Below, piece after piece: positions 39,797 through 53,230 of a stretch of 64,000 nt of DNA; the stretch's first letter is position 1, and every line of letters begins with the position of its first letter. Location of the stretch: positions 15,686,001 through 15,750,000 of the forward strand of contig NC_043005.1 in the NCBI RefSeq assembly GCF_006345805.1, written 5' to 3'. This DNA comes from Octopus sinensis. Its lineage: Eukaryota. A program made the position numbers and the translations under genes. The notes below the pieces were generated by a model. The model saw nothing but the letters and a program-made list of their open reading frames with translations, searched no databases and was not told where the DNA came from.

Positions 39797-40187
39797 AACA
39801 ATATCAAAGAAGCTTGAGAGGCGGTTGGATGGAACCTACACTCGCCTCCTTATGAGAGCTCAAAATCTCTCGTGGAGGCGCCATCCAACTAAAATGCAAA
39901 TATATGGGAAATTACCACCTGTGTCATCTCTTGTGAAGGGTAGGAGAGTCCAGTTTGCTGGACATTCTTGTAGAGCTGAAAAAGAAGTAATTTCTACTCT
40001 TCTCCTCTGGAAGCCATCTACTCGCAACACCAGAGGGCGCACACTCTCCTGCCCTGATGTAATCTCCAGGGATACAGGCATCCAGCAACAGGACCTCAGT
40101 AATGCTATGATGGACCGTGAAGTCTGGCGCAACATGGTAAATTCCATTGTCTCGACCACGGTCGAACAATGATGAATGATGATGATC
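39797..40187 (+). pseudogene. RTE-clade LINE 3' end (5'-truncated)
   Basis: RRLDGTYTRLLMRAQNLSWRRHPT..RRVQFAGHSCR..AMMDREVWR, stop, then (TGA)n tail; ORF start upstream is unrelated. Confidence 0.85.
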
Positions 40188-40711
40188 ATACTAAAAACAA
40201 AAACATAACACGAAAAAAGACAAACCAACAATGTGATAATCGACGTTAATAGACAATTACGCACAAATTATCCAATGGGAACTATGGTTACTCATTTCTA
40301 TGGAAGTTACATAATATTGGGAGTTGCAGTTATTTATTTATTTATTTTATTTCGCTTTTCTCTTTTACACTTCACTTGTTTCAATCATTGGCATGCAGCC
40401 ATGCTGGAGCACCGCCTTGAAGAGATTAGTCGAACAAATGAAACCCTAGTGCTTCATTTTTTAGAGTCTGATACTTATACTTTCGGTCTCTTTCGCCGAT
40501 GCCTCTAAGTTACAGGAAGGTAAACAAACCGACATCGGTTGTCAAGCAGTGGTGTGGTACAGACACAAACACTAAGGTAGTAGACGCTCAAAAAGGCGGC
40601 GAGTTGACAGAAACGTTAGCACGCCGGGCGAAATGCTTAGCGGTATTTCGTCTGTCTTTACGTTCTGAGTTCAAATTCAAGTACTAATCCAGGGATATAT
40701 ATTTCCCTGGA

Positions 40712-40801
40712 TTCTTTGCTGACGAGACAGGCCAGTGGCAAATAGATTTAATTTAATTTAATTAAATCGGTTTGCCTAGATGTATGTCGAAACTATGCAT
40801 A
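40712..40801 (+). ncRNA. 3'-truncated hammerhead with long stem II
   Basis: CTGACGA 40719-40725, GACA/TGTC, inner 17-bp stem, GAAA 40789-40792, palindromic TATGCATA, then lost into (TA)n. Confidence 0.65.
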
Positions 40802-41485
40802 TAAATATATATATATATATATATAATATATATATATATATGTATGTATGTATGTGTGTGGCTATATGTTTGTGTGTCTGTGTTTGTCCCCCTAACATCA
40901 CTTGACAACCGATGCTGGTGTGTTTATGTCCCCGTAACCTAGCGGTTCGGCAAAAGAGAATGCTAGAATAAGTACTAGGCTTACAAAGAATAAGTCCTGG
41001 GGGTCGATATGCTCGACTAAAGGGCGGTACTCCAGCATGGCCACAGTCAAATGACTGAAACAAGTAAAAGAGTAAATATAAAAAAAAAAATCAAAATCAA
41101 GTTTTAGTCGTTATTACTCCTGGCAAAAACGAAACAAAATACTGTAAAAATAATTATCGTTTATTCACATCTTTTGTTTTTAACTGTCATGTGACATCTT
41201 CAATGGAGAACACGTCACTGTTTCATAAGTTTAACACATGAATGTTGACCAGTCATTTTGTACGTTAACAGATCACAGTCTGAGCCACGGTCTTTAAAAA
41301 CAAACGATGTTTATAACAACCGCCAGAAAAGACATAATTCCCGACACATAATTCTCATGTGAAACCAGTCAAGTGCATTCTTATATTTTTAAATCTAATT
41401 AAATTCTAATTAATTCTTATATATTCTATCTGCATTTTCAACTTCATTTCTTCGATACTTACACTTGTTTGTTTCAATAACAATT

Positions 41486-41542
<57 letters not shown>

Positions 41543-41784
41543 GTGTGTGTGTGTGTGTTTTTGCCGGTGCTCCAGCATGGCCACAGTCACATGTCTGAAA
41601 CAAGTAAAAGAGTAAACAGTAATCAGAAAGCATTGCTCAGCGCATGCACGGAATTTCTGAGTCTTTTAAATCATTATCAACAATCTTTATAATCTAGACG
41701 GATAATTAACTTATCTCCTTGAATCTACATCTTATGGATAAATCCGTAACAGTTTATGTACTTACCAATACTTTTATATAAATA

Positions 41785-42179
41785 CTAGCAGTATCACCCG
41801 GCGTTGCTCGGGTTTGTAAGGGAAATAACTATATAATCATTTTTAGAGAGTTATAGCCAAAACATAGCAAAACAATGCATTAAAAATGGAAAAAAATGAT
41901 GGTAAATTTTTTAAAAAATCGTTGACTCATCGTAGACATTTTTAGAGAGTTACTTCCCTTATATAATAGCGAAAAAATGCATTAAAATGGAAAAAAATGA
42001 TGGTAAATTATTTTTAAAATCGTAAACTCACCGTAGACGCGCGCTAATACCCAGAAGGGCTCGATATGAATCACGACTATAAGACACCCGGTTTTGGTTA
42101 AACTGCACCGCAAATTGTGGGAGTAGTTAGGAATCTAAATTGTAGGAAACAGACACAACTTCACTTTTATATATAAAGA
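41785..42179 (-). mobile_element. non-autonomous Helitron
   Basis: minus strand A|TC start, subterminal hairpin ACCCG...CGGGT, CTAG|T end; internal duplication of about 100 bp. Confidence 0.85.
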
Positions 42180-42394
42180 TATGACTAGCTTGTGTATCCT
42201 AGATGAATAAAGCTTTGAATCTGACATTACTCTATGTTATTTCAAAAATGTAGTTGCAACTGTTTCTTTTATTTAGTTTGTTGGATCACCTGTATTAGGA
42301 TGCCAAACGATACATAGTCTTGTCCTATAACAGGTATTAGAATTAGGCTCCCCCACACACATTCACACATACACACACTTTGTATATGTATATG

Positions 42395-42822
42395 GGATCT
42401 TTACGGTTTGAACGGCAGTTTTTAACATAATTTCTAGGTGACTAAAAAATTTTAAACTTCGTATACTGGTAGAATGTGTTTATAAAACATCTTTTTCTCT
42501 TGGCGTTATTGAGAAAATTCTATAGTTTGTAAGATATTTGTTGTTTTTTTTCTTCAATGTCTGCAATTTCAACCAATCAGTGACGTCCATTGAGGTAAAA
42601 AACATTCTGTGTCGTATGAATATGTCCCTCGTTTAAGAAACAGATTGGGCTTATTTACATTTCTGAAGAAAAAAAGATACCCCCCACCCCTAAACCTAAC
42701 CCTAACTAATCCTAACCCTAAAACAGATTGAAATGCAATAGATCGATACAAAGGTCATAATTATGGGTGACAATTTCATATGACACCGCCAGAAAAAACT
42801 GCCCTTCAAACCGAAAAGATTC
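42395..42822 (-). mobile_element. MITE (same family as 5346)
   Basis: TIRs; TSD TGTATATG; degenerate (CCCTAA)n. Confidence 0.92.
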
Positions 42823-42914
42823 TGTATATGTAATATTCATTGTTTATTTACTATAGTTTAGTATTTTATTTGTCTATTTATTCCTCGAAATATTAATCTC
42901 TATATTTTAGACAG

Positions 42915-43213
42915 CGGAGGCACATGGCCTAGTGGTTATAGCAGTGGACTCGCGGTCGAGGGATCGCGGGTTCGAATCTCAGACCGGCCGACGTGTGTGG
43001 TTATGAGCGAAACACCTAAGCTCCACGCAGCTCCGGCAGAAGGTAATGGCGAACTTCTGCTGACTCTTTCTCCACAACTTTCGCTCACTCTTTCCTCCTG
43101 CATCTAGCAGATCCTGCGACGGACCGGCGTCCCGTCCAGGTGGGGAACCTACACGCAAAGGAAACCGGGAAACCGGCCCTTGTGAGCCATGCGTGGCTCG
43201 GGAAGGAACAAAC
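42915..43213 (+). mobile_element. SINE family C variant
   Basis: matches 12278-12583; TSD ATATTTTAGACAG. Confidence 0.88.
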
Positions 43214-43537
43214 ATATTTTAGACAGAAATTTTGGCTTTTTGTATTATTCATTATTCTATATAATTTTCATCTTGGCTTTTTGGTGGGTCTCAACAGTGT
43301 ACATAATTATTAGCAGTAGTTTAAGAAACCAATGATCAGATATCAGTTACATTGTTCGCATCTATCTATCATATTTTTCAAAAATGTGCTGTTAGCGACT
43401 TCGAAATTTCGACCTGATGGATAATTTTGGACTGGCCGACGAAGGTTAGCTGTCCGAAATTTCTGCAAAAAGTATTGAGTAATCCTTCAGTTGAGCGAAT
43501 GTAAAATTGATCTTATAATCCGACATAAAAATCACTA

Positions 43538-43577
<40 letters not shown>

Positions 43578-43675
43578 CACATATATAGTTGTTATTACTC
43601 CTGACAAAAATAAGACAAAATACTGTAAAAATAATCATTTATTCACATCTTTTGTTTTTAACTGTCATGTGACAT

Positions 43676-43756
<81 letters not shown>

Positions 43757-43954
43757 CCCCAGAGTAAGCACATAAATGTGAGACAAGGTGGGAAAAATAG
43801 TACTGGAATACCGGGGTTAGAGTAATATGCAAAAACATCACAAAATATCACAAAGAAACTGCTACTCAGAGTATTTTTGATATTTTTGAAATGTTTTTGC
43901 CGCTTTAATAATTAAGTATATATATATATATATATAGTTATATATATATATAAT

Positions 43955-44257
43955 ATCAATCTAAGGGTAGCAAAAAATTCAATAGAAATTTTTTCGCCAC
44001 CAGAGTCTAGTGAGAAAGAAAAAATAGCAACAGACTATATAATGTACATTCAACAATAATATTAAGGAATGGCCTTAATAGGCCATTCAACTCACAAAAA
44101 CGAGCAGCTAAACTCAAACCGCTAAATAGTAGTAATTCAGAATCAAAGGAAAATTAAAAACATTTACCCTAATCAACTAATTTTCCTTTGATTTCTGAAT
44201 TACTTCTATTTAGCGGTTTGAGTTTAGCGGCTCGTTTTAGTGAGTTGAATGGCCTAT
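43955..44257. mobile_element. fold-back element, same family as 402-780
   Basis: terminus TCTAAGGGTAGCAA next to (TA)n; arms 44078-44156 and 44178-44257; 21-nt loop. Confidence 0.78.
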
Positions 44258-44299
44258 AATAATAATAATAATAATAAACGAATTCTTTGAACACCAGAA

Positions 44300-44522
44300 T
44301 TCAACTGCAGAGACACATCTAGAAATTAATAATCCAAACACAACGCTAGGGCCAGATGATCTCCCAGCCATATTGTTAAAAACGTGCAAACGTTGGCTCG
44401 CCTCGCAAAACCATTTAAGATGTTATTTCGAAAATCGCTAGAGACCAGCAAATTCCCAGAACTCTTGGAAGTCGTAATAACAAAGCCTATGCATAAAGGA
44501 GGTAGCAAGGTTGAAGCTACAC
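44300..44522 (+). pseudogene. CR1/Jockey-group RT fragment
   Basis: GPD..PAILLK, then LAKPFKMLFRKSLETSKFP, then ITKPMHKGGSK, across frameshifts. Confidence 0.65.
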
Positions 44523-44691
44523 ACCTTCCTTCCAAGCACTGCTGTAAACAGCGGAGGTGAGCTAGAAAGTTAAAACTTAGTGCGTATGCACAGCAGAGTT
44601 CAAAGTCATTCTTTGCCAAGCGGCTTCACTTTGCGTGCTTTAGCTTCGTTACTATGGCAACAGTCCGAATACTTATTGACCAGACCTCGTA

Positions 44692-44725
<34 letters not shown>

Positions 44726-44806
44726 ATCTCTCTATATATCTATCTATATATATATAGCAATTTCTTTTCCTCTGTCTTCCCTTCTCGGGATCTTTCCTTC
44801 TCCTAT

Positions 44807-44841
44807 GTTTCAGACGAAGAGCTCCCCTCGAAACGTTTAAC
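44807..44841 (+). ncRNA. degenerate variant hammerhead in a (TA)n-flanked element (about 44756-44950)
   Basis: gttt CAGACGA a GAG ctccc CTC GAAA CG TT taac. Confidence 0.45.
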
Positions 44842-44950
44842 CCTCCTTCTTCCCTTCTTTCCTGACGTCCAATAATACTTTTAGTGTTCCACGTCCTCGC
44901 GTTGGCTGTGTTTTTGTTTTTTTTTTGTGTTTTCTTGTTTGGATTAACTT

Positions 44951-45022
<72 letters not shown>

Positions 45023-45259
45023 ATATATATATAATTATTGTTTGAATATATTTCTGATTTTATAAAAATTAATTGTCCAATGCAGAGATCATATCTGAAT
45101 GTTTTAGATGTATAAATAAATTTAAAGGTGAAATATTGAAAGCGTATATTATTAATTATCTTCCGTGGTATTTCAAACCGCATAGTAACATGTTAACGGT
45201 ATGATTTTTAAATGAAGAATTTTAATGATCTATTTACATATGAGACAGCTCCTGCACAA

Positions 45260-45687
45260 TATTTGTGATCCAGCCTCATTCCAGAACCTCAAATAGGTTG
45301 CTTTACATTATCCCTAGTCTTGCTTTGGTGGATGCTTTTACGTTCTATCTGAAAAGAAATGTGGGGCTGGAGAGAAGGTGTCTGTCAGAGTGTATGTACA
45401 AAAAAAGATGGATGCGTGTTGCATGGATGCTGGGCGTGAAAGGCCCTGTGTGAACACGCTATAAAGACTTCCAAAAGGTGTCGGTTAAAAAGACAAGGCT
45501 CGTGGGGTCGGAGCATACTTGTTTTTTTTAAACCCATATTGACCTTTATTGTTTGTTTTGTATTTGGTGTTTCATCCGTTTTATAATCATTTTTATATAA
45601 AGTTTTAATCTCATTCAATGTACATGACCTCTATATCATGTTGTGTTGTCCCCCTCTATGTTGGCCCTTTTTGGGCAATAAAGAAGC
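45260..45687 (+). pseudogene. Tx1-like LINE 3' end (ORF2 C-terminus and 3' UTR)
   Basis: FYLKRNVGLERRCLSECMYKKRWMRVAWM; UTR ends TTGTCCCCCTCTATGTTGGCCCTTTTTGGGCAATAAAGAA. Confidence 0.65.
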
Positions 45688-45780
45688 ATCAAATAAGTTG
45701 CTTAGTATGTCTATGCAATATATCATGAAACTTGCCATAGAAGATGCCCTTTGTGGGAAGCAGCGCGTTCACATTGTCCA

Positions 45781-46828
45781 ATGAAGAAAAAAGTTTTGCG
45801 ACAGCTGTCAACTGACATAAAAGCATATTTAAAATATAAAGATATGATAACGGAACAGAATGGAATAGTAAAAGTGGAAATACCAGAAGAAGAATTAACG
45901 GAGGAAAAAAGAAAATCATTAATTTTAAGACATTTTGCTTAAAAGCACGTAAAATTGATAAAATATGTGAACAAAAAATTGAAAAATGTCTAAAACCCAT
46001 CTGGCAGGACATTATATATCTAGCCAGAGGGAAGACGTTTGGAACCATCGTGGTGATGTTCAAGAATGCAGAAACGGCAAAGAGACACTCAATAAAATCT
46101 TTAGAGTCGGAAGTCACTATGTTAATCCCAATTTACATGGGAATGAGAACGTCAAAAGTGAGAATACCTAGAATTCCGCCCGGCGTAAACCCTATATGCT
46201 TGATGGCGGCAGTTCTGGCAAACAGGGAAGATAGTATTAACCACCTGCAGACTACCGTCACAGAAAATACTTATTGGACAGGTCTGACGCTTAACATCAT
46301 ATTGCAGGCTGACCAAAAGATTTTAGAACAGCTCCCAGAAATCGTAGAAGTAGGAGAGGAAGTTCTAAATATTTTTGTTGAGGGGCGTAAGCTCCAATGT
46401 TTCCAGTGTGGCCAACTGGGTCACATTAAAAAATATTGTAAAGAAGGTGTAGAAGAATCAGACGGCGAGGAAGAAGAAAGAGAAAGAGAAACAGAAGAAA
46501 AACTAAACAATAAAAGGAAAATGGAAGGATCGAACCAGCAAAAGCAGAGCGAGCCGAGACAAAAAAAAAAGAAGAAAAAAAACAGCCAAGAGAGACAGAC
46601 CGAGGAAGGCGGAGGGGTAACGAACAGAGAAATAGCTGCACTGTACAGTAAAAACGAAGATTTAATGCGGGAAATAAAAACCAAAAAATCAGCAACGAAC
46701 TCGAGAAAATGTGTGAGGTCTTTCGGGAGTACTTCGCCCAGCTGTTCGTGGGTGACGGCGGACCTCGAGGACTGTCTTGCCGGGCTGCCGTGCCTCTCGG
46801 GGTCGCATGCAAAGAAAGTAAGGATGCA
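45781..46828 (+). pseudogene. Tx1-like ORF1 (gag-like zinc knuckle) with a short ORF2-like fragment
   Basis: VEGRKLQCFQCGQLGHIKKYC (CX2CX4HX4C); one frameshift near 45935; the end of ORF 46050-46883 reads into a SINE. Confidence 0.75.
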
Positions 46829-47181
46829 TGTTAGCATGCCGGGCGAAATGCTTTGCGGTATTTCGTCTGCCATTACGCTCTGAGTTCAAATTCCGCCAAG
46901 GTCGATTAATAAGTACCAGTTACGCACAGGGGTCGATATAATCGACTTAATCCGTGTGTCTGTCCTTGTTTGTCCTGTCTGTGTTCAGCCCCATGTGGGT
47001 AGTAAAGAAATGGGTATTTCGTCTGCCATTACGTTCTGAGTTCAAATTCCGCCGAGGTCGACTTTGCCTTTCATCCTTTCGGAGCCGATAAATTAAGTAC
47101 CAGTTGCGTACTGGGGTCGATGTAATCGACCGTGCCCTTCCCCCAAAATTACGGGTCTTGTGCCTAGTGTAGAAAAGAATA
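46829..47181 (+). mobile_element. SINE family A dimer
   Basis: junction AAAGAAATG|GGTATTTCG. Confidence 0.88.
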
Positions 47182-47353
47182 TTAGCAAAGAAAGTGAAGA
47201 GGCAGAGGAGCTGAAGTGAGAACGAACCTGAAAACACAGCGTAGCAAAGCTAACTACTTAACCACGCTGTTATGCCTACATTTTGAAAAGGAAAGAAATA
47301 TTTATGTCAGGGAATAAAGGAATAACGCTCATGACGTTTTATAGAGCCTCCAG

Positions 47354-47372
47354 CTTTCTTTCTTTCTTTCCT

Positions 47373-47405
<33 letters not shown>

Positions 47406-47543
47406 TTTCTTTCTTTCTTTCTTCCTTTCTTCCTTCCTTCCTTCCTTCTTTCTTCCTTCCTTTCTTCCTTCCTTCCTTCCTTCCTTCTTTTCTTTTTCTT
47501 CCTTCCTTCCTTTCTTTTCTTTCTTTCTTTTTTCTTTCTTTCG

Positions 47544-47574
<31 letters not shown>

Positions 47575-47915
47575 TTTCGTTCTTCCTTCCTTCCTTCCTT
47601 CCTTCCTTCCTTTCTTCTTCCTTTCTTTCTTTCTTTCGTTCTTCCTTCCTTCCTTCCTTCCTTTCTTTTTTTTCTTCCTTTCTTTCTTTCTTTCTTCCTT
47701 CCTTTCGTTCTTCCTTCCTTCCTTCCTTCCTTTCTTCCTTCCTTTCTTTCTTTCTTTCGTTCTTCCGTCCTTCCTTCCTTCCTTCCTTCCTTTCTTTTTT
47801 TCTTCCTTTCTTTCTTTCTTTCGTTCTTCCTTCCTTCCTTCCTTCGTTTCTTTCTTCCTTCCTTCCTTTCTTCTTTCTATATCTCTCTCTTTCTCTCTTT
47901 CTCTCCCCACCCTCT
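47354..47915. repeat. (TTTC/TTCC)n polypyrimidine tract
   Basis: direct reading. Confidence 0.95.
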
Positions 47916-48489
47916 CTCTGTCTTACTACATTTGGTTCTTTCTTTTACCCTTAATTCTTTCCTCTTTCCTCTTTCTGTCTATGTTTCTTTCTCTCTTTCA
48001 TTAATTTAATTTAATTAAATTTAATTCTTTTTTTGTTAGTAATAACCACAGACACATATTTATAGGACAAGGTTATCGCCTACAGAAGAAACATCGTTAC
48101 TCCATTATATTATCATAATTACAACGACGAATACTTACCGTATGACTCAGCAGAGAGGATAAGAGAAAGCAATTTCACCTATACAGATTTAAGACAAAAT
48201 GCTGTAAGGTATTTTAAGTCTGGCGCTGAAAAGGCCTTTGTTAATTCGCTGCCCTCCTTTTTTAAACGGTGATGACAATTAATAGTATTGTTACAAGGCC
48301 ATATATTCTAAGGAGACGGTATAGATGGTTCAGTATGTTTAAAACGTTAAGAAGTTCGGTTCGCATTCAGGAGATCTCAGGCTCGATCCTACTGCGTATC
48401 TTTGGCAAGTTTTTTTTTACGATAATCGAGGGTTGGCCCAAGCCTTACGAGTGTAATTAGACAGTAGGTAGGTGAAGCTGTGTGGAAGT

Positions 48490-48692
48490 TCACAACTTTC
48501 GAATTAGGATGTTATAAACTTGGTGGTACCCCATTCACGTGGTTTTGTGGTTAGAGTGTTGCAGACGTGGTCGCATGACTGTGTTTCGATCACAGCTTTC
48601 GAATTAGGATGTCATAAACTTGATGGTATCCCATTCACGTGGTTTTGTGGTCAGTATGATGCAGACGCGGTCGCAAGACTGTGTTTCGATCC
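48490..48692 (+). repeat. tandem duplication, about 100 bp x2, including a SINE-like head
   Basis: TCACA.CTTTCGAATTAGGATG...GACTGTGTTTCGATC twice. Confidence 0.85.
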
Positions 48693-48899
48693 CCAGACTG
48701 TGTGACGCGTTGTGTTCTTGAGCAAAACATCTCATTTCTCGTTGCTCTACTATTATTTCAACACTAGACATATGGCACATGTGCAGCTGTAAACAGAATG
48801 AGCTTATGTGCAGTTTATAAGTTCACTCCCTTGCTCTCCATAAAGAAAATTTGATGTCTATAAAACAAAACTATTTACGAAAGTTGTTCATCAAAAAAT

Positions 48900-50125
48900 T
48901 GGGGAACCCTCATCTGTCGTCACGGCAGGAGAGTCCACTCCACGCTACGCTTTTGATGTAATATTTTTTGCCCTCTATGGTTTGGGTATTACATGTCAAG
49001 TACCAATTTGCTACCTTCTTGGTGAACTCGTCCATTTTCATATTACTGTTCCGATAGGTTGAAATTACAAATATCCTTGGGGAGAGATCTGCATCAACTC
49101 CTATTTCATGCTTCACCTAAAGTTCATTAGCCACCCTAGTAGTGATGGTTTCGCGCTCGCAAACTAGTGCAAGCTAGTTACTGGCCTCTTCCCTCCACTG
49201 ATGTCGCTTCAGTGTCACAATACGTGTTTTATATAACCTCAATACAGACTATAGGTACCATACTTTAAGGTGGCAAGCTTACAGAAACGTTAGCATGCCG
49301 GGCGAAATGCTTAGCGGTATTTCGTCTGCCGTTACGTTCTGAGTTCAAATTCCGCCGAGGTCGACTTTGCCTTTCATCCTTTCGGGGTCGATTAAATAAG
49401 TACTAGTTACGCACTGGGTCGATATAATCGACTTAATCCGTGTGTCTGTCCTCTCTGTGTTTAGCCCCTTGGGAGTAGTAAAGAAATAGGTACCATACTT
49501 GCGTGGTAAGTGTAGCCTGTCTACATCTCCATTGATGTTGAAGTCTCCAGTAACACGGAGCAGCTTTCAAGTTCGTATGTCTTTCTTGCTTGAGCTCTTG
49601 CTGTTACCAGTTTAGAAGGCCAAATGTAGGTCTGAAGACTGGTACTACAAATGTGTTGCGGACGATATACTAGTTGTAAGCTGAGAGTTCAGAAGGCTGT
49701 ATGTTTAACTCCCTTGAGGTATTCATTTCTTGTCCAATGTGTTTATAGTTATCACAAGAGAGTAAAGGTTATATTTTTAGACATTTCACGTTTAGTGTCT
49801 TGCAAGAGGAGGAGACAGGTCACCCAGGTTTTTATCATTGGGACTCACAAAATTTCATTCCGAAGGAATTGTATTTTGAGATCCAGTTGCTTTCCGATGT
49901 GGTTAATACTTGGTCTAAACAGCTTCAAGTTATCAACAGAGAAAATCTGAGAAATGTTACTGGATCAGTTCCTAAAACTGCTGTTTCGTGATCAGATATG
50001 ATGGGAGGAGGATGTTAAGGAAAGAACAACGAGCTGTACTGACAAACTGTTGCCTTGACAGACGCCTTTTTGACAGTGTAGGGTGTCAGATTTGATATGC
50101 CCATTGTCACATTTAAGAAGTAGAG
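48900..50125 (-). pseudogene. R4/Dong-type RT remnant interrupted by a SINE A (about 49268-49488)
   Basis: KGVCQGNSLS (QGDSLS-like) and FSVDNLKLF (FMDDLKL-like); SINE TSD ATAGGTACCATACTT; left boundary uncertain. Confidence 0.6.
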
Positions 50126-50186
50126 AAATGTTCACACACACACACACACACACACATGGATGCACACGCATGCATGTTTGTGTGTG

Positions 50187-50265
<79 letters not shown>

Positions 50266-50464
50266 ATATATATATATATATATATACATGCATGATGAAA
50301 AACGTGTATGTATATCCGATATATTTTTGAAGTGTCTGAAACAAACCTACACTGCAATTTACATAAATATATGCTTTTTTCTTATTTTTCTATGAAATGT
50401 CTGTAAGCTTCGAAGTATGTGTGCTGCTGTGTGTTTGGGCGCAATTATGTGCATTTGTGTATAT

Positions 50465-51078
50465 TCACATACATACATACATACATACATACATACATAC
50501 ATACATACATACATACATACATACATACATACATAATACATACATACGTACATTCATACATACATACATACATACATACATACATAAATAATACATACTT
50601 ACATACATACATACATACAAACAAACATACATTCATACATCCATATATACATACATACTTACATACATACATTCATACATACATACATACAAACATACAT
50701 ACATACATACATACATACATACATACATACATTCATACATACATACATACATACGTACATACATACATTACAAAACATACATACATACATACAAACATAC
50801 ATACATTCATACATACATATATACATACATACTTACATACATACATTCATACATACATACATTCATACATACATACATACATACATTCATTCATACATAC
50901 ATACATACATACATACATACAAACATACATACATACATACATACATACATACATGCATACATACATACATACATTCATTCATAAATACCTACATACAATA
51001 CATACATACATACATACATACATACATACACACATACATACATACATACATACATACATACATAACATACATACATAC
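50465..51078. repeat. (CATA)n microsatellite, about 600 bp
   Basis: direct reading. Confidence 0.95.
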
Positions 51079-51201
51079 AATTCAAAACATAGAATGTATA
51101 CATACTGTTCAGTCAAAGTTATAATACAACATTCATTCAATGTAAAGAAGTGAGCACAATAAATACATACATACGTACGTACAAATGTATACATATACAG
51201 T

Positions 51202-51246
<45 letters not shown>

Positions 51247-51662
51247 TCACAGATTTAAAACACTCACACATATGTGGACACATACATACTCTCACAGTGT
51301 TATATAAATTTGGTGACATGGCATATTCGCCATTGCCATGAAACCTGAATAAAGTATTGTTCCTATAAGATGTGCCAGATTTAATAACATAACAGACAGA
51401 TGACAGCAAAAGGTTAACTTAGTTTCAGAAATATATTTATTTACTCAATTCTGTGTACATTGTATTCATGTTGTGTTCTGTTTCAAGAAAACGTATTTTC
51501 TGAACAATAACGTCATTTGTCATGTTTCTAACTGGTCAATTACGGATTGACTACGGTTACCATGGCGAATGTGACCCTGAGTAACGAAGAATTATTGTCA
51601 TACCACGACGTATATCCATCCATTTATCCATCTATTCATGTATACACATACGTATATCAATA

Positions 51663-51973
51663 TCACCGTGATCACCGTGACCGACCAGGCTATCAGATGT
51701 TGTTATATATCGCTGGTCACAATGCGTTTCGCATTGTTTTAGCCTTCAAATGACGCCACCCCGCTGGCTAAGCGAGCAGGCCATCAGAAGAAAGAATGAG
51801 AGAAAGTTGTGGTGAAAGAGTGCAGCAGGGATCGCCACCCCCAACTGCCGGAGCCTCGTGGAGCTTTAGGCGTTTTTAGCTCAATAAACACTTACAACGC
51901 CCGGTCTGGGAATCGAAACCGCGATCCTACGACCGCGAGTCCGCTGCCCTAACCACTGGGCCATTGCGCCTCC
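51663..51973 (-). mobile_element. SINE family C
   Basis: matches 3968-4278. Confidence 0.9.
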
Positions 51974-52944
51974 ATATCAATATACAATCACACATACACT
52001 TCTATACACATATATACACACGCACAATACAAACACACATATATAAAGAAAAGTCTTTTGACTGAGCATTTCGCGGTAACACACACACACGTTGCGCGCG
52101 CACGTACATATACACAGACATATGGCAGATTCCGCGTATTTTCAATCTCCTAGATTCCACTCATAACGCATTGTTCTTGTTTGAAGGACAAAAGAGTGTG
52201 ACTTAATCTGCACAAACCATGTCCACTATAATCATATTTATCATGCAGGTTATTGAGAAAATCAAAACACCAACATCAACATCAACACACTTTCTTTCTC
52301 AGTCGAGAGGCGATAGGGAAGTGGGAGACAGAGACTGGTAGGGGACGCTACTGGAAGTCTTCAGCTTTGGACCTGCACACAGACGGCAATAGGTTCATAG
52401 TAGTATACCTATTTCTTTATTACCCACAAGGGGCTAAACATAGAGGGGACGAACAAAGACAGACATAAGTATTAAGTCGATTACATCGACCCCAGTGCGT
52501 AACTAGTACTTAATTTATCGACCCCGAAAGGATGAAAGGTAAAGTCGACCTCGGCGGAATTTGAACTCACAACGTAACGGCAGACAAAGTACCGCTAAGT
52601 ATTTCGCCCGGAGTGCTAACGGTTCTGCCAGCTCTTCGCTGCACCACAGTCCTCTATCACTGTACAGCGGTGTCTTACTAAACCCTCATTCGTCGATCCA
52701 CGGCAGCGTCAAAACAACAGCATATGTATGCATGTCATTATTCAGTTTTATTTCAAGATTTCTTGCCAATAGAGAAAGAGAAAGAGTCGGTTTGTAGCTT
52801 AGATCCAAGGTTCCTTCATTGGAATTTCAACAACATAAACAGGATATTTTTTCATGTATGTATGTATATGTGCAATATTTGAAGTCAGTGCATGTCAGAT
52901 TTGTATGTTTTGTATTATGTATGTATTTTCATTATATATATATA

Positions 52945-53010
<66 letters not shown>

Positions 53011-53156
53011 TATATATATGGGGAAGCAAAACATGCGAACATGTTTATATTATTTTTAATTCACTATTTTGTGTACGGGCTAATTATAAAATAAGGCGAT
53101 CATTGAATACATAATGCAAATTACATAATCAACTCATACTGTCAAAACGTCAGATG

Positions 53157-53204
<48 letters not shown>

Positions 53205-53230
53205 ATGTATATTATATGTATATATATATG

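Noticed and set aside
43435-43465. CCGACGA-AGG..CC-GAAATTTC
   Set aside because: No stem I partner; not in a recognisable element.
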